32,000 bases of DNA from Promethearchaeum syntrophicum (GTDB lineage Archaea > Asgardarchaeota > Lokiarchaeia > Sigyniarchaeales > Promethearchaeaceae), in NCBI RefSeq assembly GCF_008000775.2, contig NZ_CP042905.2, positions 3,150,001-3,182,000 of the forward strand. The letters are read 5' to 3'. This document shows, in pieces, positions 27,547-32,000 of the stretch. Positions within the stretch are counted from its first letter, which is position 1; every line of letters begins with the position of its first letter. The notes below the pieces were generated by a model. The model worked only from the letters and a program-made list of their open reading frames with translations, was not told the DNA's origin and made no database searches. The position numbers were made by a program, and so were the translations under genes.

Positions 27547-30239
27547 GCAATTCCAAATTCGGCATCATCTTTTTTAGCGCGTAAAATTTCTGCCGAAAAT
27601 TTTTCCTCAATGATTTCAATTAATTTAGTTGAATTATCAAAAATTTCGCTTCTACTCCATTCTTGAAACCGCTTAAGCCGATTTTCATAGACCACATAAC
27701 TTTTTCCAGGGGAACTCACCATAACACCTGAATTAAAACTATTATAAATTCGATATGCAATATTTTCTAAACTTTGGTAATATTTCCATAAAATGGCGAT
27801 AATTGGTCGACTTTCTTCTTGGTATATATCATCTCCAATAATATTAATTAATATAAGAGGGATTTCTTGCTCATTCAATTGGCATAATTCGAAAATTTGT
27901 TCTTGTGATAAAATTAAGAGAAATTTGAGATCTAATTTGTATTCCAAAAAATTTGCCATCAGATACTCATCTCGTTTTTCTTCAAAGAGATCATGAATTT
28001 TTTTAATTGTATCTTGTGGGTTCAATTTATAACATTCGCGATAAAAGGGGGAGAGTCCAATCCGTTTAAAATCCGAGGGAAAATTGGAATGATATATATT
28101 ATTTCCTATCGCACTCAAAAATTTTGGAATATAAGTTGAATCTTGTCGCATGAAAAGACAGGTTAACTTAAACCAATCTTCAGAAAAGGATTTGTTAAAA
28201 GATTTTTGAGATAATTTGAAATCAATGAGCAATTTAAATAGATCTTCTTTGATAGAATCAAGTTTACTAGTATATTTTTTTAAATAATCATAAAGATGGA
28301 AAAAACCTGACGGAAATTCTCTCCATATATCAAGATCAGGATTATTTATGAAATAGAATGAAAATAATCGTTCAAAATATTCTGGAGATAGTGCTTGTTC
28401 ATTGAAATAATTTCCAAAATCTTTATAATCATTATAAGTAATCATTTCATTTTCTTTTAAAACCTCAAGATGTTTTATCCCCCATTCATTTAAGGGATAA
28501 GAAGCCCTTATCAATTTAAGGTTATTTGGTTTAAAATTTTCTGGAGTAAAAAAAGAATCTAACAGGGATTGCCATTGAGGTTTACTCTCTCTTTTCATAT
28601 TATTAAAAAACCCAAATAAAAAGTCATATGGAAAATCAGAAGTTTTAGGTTCATATTGCTTAATAATTTCTACTTCCCATGGATTGAAATCATCAGTAAT
28701 TTCAAGTTGGTTTGCCATCTGCTCTCCTATTAAGGATATAAAGTCATGTTTTATCTTGATGAGAAAAGAGACTTTATTTGATATACTATCTTCGAATAAG
28801 AGAATTTGATTTGCGAAATCCGTGGCCAAAGGCTGTTTTTCTTCTCTTTTATATAAATAATACGGTTTTTGAATCTCCTTTTTGATTAAATCATATATAT
28901 TGTAAACTGCTTCAAAGAGTTGAATGAATGATTCAATTTCTGTTTTATAAGGTGATTCATTTTTTTTAATATAATTGCGCAAAAATTGAAGGAGTTTAAA
29001 TTTACGGGAGGGATTTTTTTTCAGATCTCCTTTCCATAATGTGGTGAGAGTAATCCAACCTGGTTCTAAGCAAATTATCTTCCAAAATTTATCAAGGGTT
29101 ATGAAAAATATTTTTTCTTCCAATTCGTGGTAATAAGTTTTAATTAATTCAAGACCAAATAATTCATATTCTTCATCTCTTCGTTTCTCTTTCTGTTCTT
29201 TAGTTAAATTTCCTTCATTTAATAAATAAATTTTGACGTGATCTCCATAAGAAACGGAATCTTCTGCTTGAGTACGAAATATATTGTTGATAATCGAGGG
29301 TATATAAGTCTTGATTCGCTTTTCTTCCGTTTTCAATTTATGTATTAAATATTCTTTCCGTTGTTTCAATGAGATATTAAAGCGGGGAATATTTTTGCAG
29401 AAATAATAGGAGAATAATCCTGTAGCATTATTTATATAATTTTCATTTTCTGCCTCACTCAGAAGTAGAATGATATCCATTGTTTTTTCAAATAAGCTTG
29501 GATTTTTTATGGTGAGTTTAAAAATACTCCGAAAATTACTGCGGTTTGTTAGATTTTTTAGGGGAAACTCCTTTAATTGATTTTTATCTTCAAATAATTT
29601 CTGAATATGAATAATGCAAGTTGAATTTATGATGGTACTTAATCGAAAAAGTAATTCCGAATTTATTGGCTCGTTAAGCGATTTCAAAGAATTCAATTCT
29701 GGTAAATTGAGAGTCTTAGCGGAAATTTCTTTAATTTTTAATATTTTTTTCTTATCATTTTGAATAAAGGCTGTTATTTTAGGAATATACAGCATTTTAA
29801 AAAAAGAATTAAGAAATTCAAGATTCTGAAGGAAAATGAGTTCCTGAGCAAAATCGGAGATTAGATCAAAATTAGTAAATAAAATTTCTGCTTGTAAGTA
29901 TTCATCTTTTATTTTAATATATCTACCTTTTTCTTCAAGTATTTCTTCATGGATTAAAATTTCTACGATTTTTTGAAGTTTATCAAGTTCAATCACAACT
30001 TCATTTGCTTTTTCAAATTGTATATCTTTCTTATCAAAGATATGAAATAATTTTGGAAAATCTTGGCGATTTTGTTCAAATGGATATTGGAATCCTTTAT
30101 CTATTCCTATTTTATAATAACCTTGATCCCAACCAATTTCGGAAAAAAAGGCTAAGGTTGTTAAAAATTGTATGATTAAATCTGAATCGACTAAATTTTG
30201 TTGAGCAATCTCTTGTATTTTTTCTAAATAATCATCCAT
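27540..30239 (-). CDS. Large (899 aa) all-alpha/helical-repeat protein of unknown function, upstream partner of the Shedu-like nuclease
   Basis: Uninterrupted 2.7-kb ORF with ATG start preceded by GAGGA (30246-30250). Composition is Lys/Glu/Phe/Ile/Leu/Asn/Tyr-rich. No Walker A/B, nuclease, protease or TM motif recognised. Confidence 0.8.
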   Translation of the reverse strand: MDDYLEKIQEIAQQNLVDSDLIIQFLTTLAFFSEIGWDQGYYKIGIDKGFQYPFEQNRQDFPKLFHIFDKKDIQFEKANEVVIELDKLQKIVEILIHEEILEEKGRYIKIKDEYLQAEILFTNFDLISDFAQELIFLQNLEFLNSFFKMLYIPKITAFIQNDKKKILKIKEISAKTLNLPELNSLKSLNEPINSELLFRLSTIINSTCIIHIQKLFEDKNQLKEFPLKNLTNRSNFRSIFKLTIKNPSLFEKTMDIILLLSEAENENYINNATGLFSYYFCKNIPRFNISLKQRKEYLIHKLKTEEKRIKTYIPSIINNIFRTQAEDSVSYGDHVKIYLLNEGNLTKEQKEKRRDEEYELFGLELIKTYYHELEEKIFFITLDKFWKIICLEPGWITLTTLWKGDLKKNPSRKFKLLQFLRNYIKKNESPYKTEIESFIQLFEAVYNIYDLIKKEIQKPYYLYKREEKQPLATDFANQILLFEDSISNKVSFLIKIKHDFISLIGEQMANQLEITDDFNPWEVEIIKQYEPKTSDFPYDFLFGFFNNMKRESKPQWQSLLDSFFTPENFKPNNLKLIRASYPLNEWGIKHLEVLKENEMITYNDYKDFGNYFNEQALSPEYFERLFSFYFINNPDLDIWREFPSGFFHLYDYLKKYTSKLDSIKEDLFKLLIDFKLSQKSFNKSFSEDWFKLTCLFMRQDSTYIPKFLSAIGNNIYHSNFPSDFKRIGLSPFYRECYKLNPQDTIKKIHDLFEEKRDEYLMANFLEYKLDLKFLLILSQEQIFELCQLNEQEIPLILINIIGDDIYQEESRPIIAILWKYYQSLENIAYRIYNSFNSGVMVSSPGKSYVVYENRLKRFQEWSRSEIFDNSTKLIEIIEEKFSAEILRAKKDDAEFGIAR

Positions 30240-30575
30240 GTAAAATCCTCAAAGTGAGAAAAATACCGACTAAATGAAAAAAGTCGTATTTTGTTTTACT
30301 TGAATAATAATGGCTTTTATCCCTTAATAAAATTTTAGACCGTATTATTATTGCTTGATCCCTCCCTTTTTTATCTTGTGATATATATTTTCTTCGTTTA
30401 CAATTGAATGGTTTTGTTTCTTTTTATTTTGGCATATTTTTCATTTTTCTTCAATTTTTAAAATATATCACCATAAATAATAGCAGAAGGTTGTAAGAAA
30501 AATTCTTTTTTTATCTCATATCCCTTTTTGATTGCTGAATTTAAGAAAAAATTATTTCTCCTTTATTAAAATCAC

Positions 30576-30585
30576 ATATATATAA
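30576..30585 (+). promoter_or_regulatory. TATA-box-like ATATATATAA ~25 nt upstream of the 30605 ATG
   Basis: The spacing fits an archaeal promoter driving a leaderless or very short-leader transcript. No SD-like motif lies before the ATG. Confidence 0.3.
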
Positions 30586-30604
30586 TTACAAATTAAGTAA
30601 AAAC

Positions 30605-31675
30605 ATGAGAAAAAAAAATGAATATATGAAATTACAGAAATCTTTCAAAAATAAGAAATTATTTATCATCCAATTTTCAACCACTGATATTTTTCAAAAA
30701 CCGTCTATAGCAACACACTTTTTTGCATTAGATTATTTTAAAGACACTGAAGTTTCAATCGAATATACCTCAAATAATTTCTTTTATCAAATTGAAAAGT
30801 TCTTTAAGAAACATAAAAAATATCACTTCGCTTTCTGGAATTATAATCATATTTATAAGATTTCATTGCTAATCCCTGGAATTTCCCTTACGGAAAAAAA
30901 GGTAATAGAAAGAAACATTATTGATCTAGACGATGCGTTTGAGTTTTTTTCTGAAGAAAAGAAAACTCGATACTTAAAACGCCAGAATCAAAGTATCGAT
31001 AAAAGATATTATTTTAGTCTTTTGAATGGATATAATATTGATGAATCTTTTTGGAAAACTGGTATTGTCGAAAAGGATTTGCGGGATGCAATAATTTTGA
31101 GTAATTCTTGTAGATTAAAATGCAAAGTAATGAGCTTTTTAATAACCAAAATGAAGGATGGAAGAGTAAAATTTGATCATAATGAAGAATTCATGAGAAA
31201 AACAATAAAATTCATGGAATTGCAGAAAATTTCATCTGATCAGAGTACAAATACAATTAATTTTTACAACAACATATGGAATCTAATAAATAGAGATATT
31301 AGAATTAAATGCCAGACAAAATTTCATGATGGATATTTCGCGGATTCAGTGGAAGCAGCATTCAAAGAAATAAATACGAGAGTAAAAACATATTATCATG
31401 ATTTAAAAGGAGAATGGGGTGATGGGGCTTCCTTAATGCGGAATGCATTTTCAGGCATAGATCCTGTTATATCTTGGTTAGATCAAAAGGACCCATCATC
31501 ATCCAATATCCAAAAAGGGTTTGAACATATTTTTGCAGGAGCAATGATAGGAATTCGAAATCCTAAAGCCCATGCAAATTTGATCATCACTAAGGATCGA
31601 GCAATTCATTTTTTGTTTCTTGCTAGTTTACTTATGGATAAAATAGATGAGGCTAATATTAAAACCACCTCTTGA
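30605..31675 (+). CDS. TIGR02391 (Hypoth_Ymh) HEPN-superfamily protein with unrecognised ~220-aa N-terminal domain
   Basis: Residues ~225-350 (FHDGYFADSVEAAFKEINTRV...GASLMRNAFSG...QKGFEHIFAGAMIGIR(318)NPKAH(323)...AIHFLFLASLLMDKID) match the TIGR02391/PF09509 consensus as I recall it, including the Rx4H HEPN motif. Confidence 0.8.
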   Translation: MRKKNEYMKLQKSFKNKKLFIIQFSTTDIFQKPSIATHFFALDYFKDTEVSIEYTSNNFFYQIEKFFKKHKKYHFAFWNYNHIYKISLLIPGISLTEKKVIERNIIDLDDAFEFFSEEKKTRYLKRQNQSIDKRYYFSLLNGYNIDESFWKTGIVEKDLRDAIILSNSCRLKCKVMSFLITKMKDGRVKFDHNEEFMRKTIKFMELQKISSDQSTNTINFYNNIWNLINRDIRIKCQTKFHDGYFADSVEAAFKEINTRVKTYYHDLKGEWGDGASLMRNAFSGIDPVISWLDQKDPSSSNIQKGFEHIFAGAMIGIRNPKAHANLIITKDRAIHFLFLASLLMDKIDEANIKTTS

Positions 31676-31746
31676 ATTTCTCTTTGAATAATAAATAATT
31701 AGAATCGTATGAATTTCATCGAATTTTTACCAATGATGATTAAAAA

Positions 31747-32000
31747 TCAAGTTTTTATTGTTTGAAATAATATTTGGTATAATCCGGAAATTTGTGAAAT
31801 AATTACACTCACAATTAATATTTCATCAGAAATTTCTTCTATATTTCCCAATTTTCCTTGAATTTGCTTTTGATTATTAATATCAATTAATAACCTCTGA
31901 TTTTCATGAATTATGATATTGGAATGGGCAAGTGCATGACGTATTTTTGCATAGATTTCCATTAATTGATTTTTTGTGGTCGGTACAATATCAAATTTAA
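31747..32000 (-). CDS. C-terminal part of an Rx4H (HEPN-like) protein, 5' end beyond the window
   Basis: The reading frame stays open from 31962 to the window edge (KFDIVPTTKNQLMEIYAKIRHALAHSN...). The IRHALAH motif (Rx4H) sits ~55 aa from the C-terminus, as in HEPN domains. Convergent with the TIGR02391 gene. Confidence 0.45.
   Translation of the reverse strand, partial: KFDIVPTTKNQLMEIYAKIRHALAHSNIIIHENQRLLIDINNQKQIQGKLGNIEEISDEILIVSVIISQISGLYQILFQTIKT

Noticed and set aside
30262-30290. Short hairpin CGACT-N10-AGTCG in the 5' leader of the 899-aa operon
   Set aside because: The stem is only 5 bp with an A-rich loop, which is expected by chance in this composition. It is not reported as a regulatory element.
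26064-32000. Compositional (low-GC) island signature for the putative defence region
   Set aside because: Spot counts of single 60-nt lines gave 22-27% GC inside the 899-aa ORF, versus 33-50% in iorA/GH38. However, the 1045-aa coiled-coil gene gave 25% as well. The low GC tracks Lys/Asn/Ile-rich protein composition and is not clearly a sign of foreign origin. No flanking tRNA, integrase or direct repeats were seen. A proper windowed GC/k-mer analysis is needed.
1-32000. Search for CRISPR arrays, rRNA/tRNA genes, transposases, integrases and long terminal inverted repeats
   Set aside because: I saw no regularly spaced direct repeats, no conserved rRNA/tRNA-like G/C-rich blocks, and no DDE/tyrosine-recombinase-like ORFs on either strand. 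The only sizeable DNA repeats are the hydrolase paralogs.

Overview
AT-rich, tightly packed window, coded almost entirely on the minus strand, that looks archaeal. Support for this: indolepyruvate:ferredoxin oxidoreductase iorAB, a UPF0282-type MBL hydrolase, a FilR1/DUF1724-type wHTH regulator, a MoaD/SAMP-like GG-terminal Ubl, and GGTGAT-type Shine-Dalgarno sites. Several eukaryote-flavoured families are present (PPP phosphatase, GH38 alpha-mannosidase, HGSNAT-like acyltransferase, ICMT-like methyltransferase), so an Asgard-type archaeon is a reasonable but unproven guess. Bases 1-26 kb hold ordinary metabolic, transport and redox genes: zupT, GH38, iorAB, ccdA plus thioredoxin, CrtI-like oxidoreductase and mntP. 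This stretch also has three oddities. One is a 1045-aa coiled-coil protein built from ~120-aa repeats with a C-terminal zinc ribbon. The second is an alpha/beta-hydrolase gene present as one intact copy, one frameshifted copy and one 3' remnant flanking an inserted membrane-protein gene. The third is a BNR beta-propeller translationally coupled to a ubiquitin-like protein. I saw no rRNA, tRNA, CRISPR array, transposase or integrase. The best candidate for an undescribed system is at 26.3-32 kb. There, an 899-aa all-helical protein with no recognisable enzymatic motif is translationally coupled to a 415-aa protein. That protein's C-terminus carries the D / ExK / QxxxY motifs of a Shedu-like (DUF4263-type) PD-(D/E)xK nuclease. 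Next to this pair lie a divergently transcribed TIGR02391-type HEPN protein with a novel N-terminal domain and a second Rx4H (HEPN-like) ORF cut by the window end. All family assignments come from motif recognition by eye, and no database search was run.
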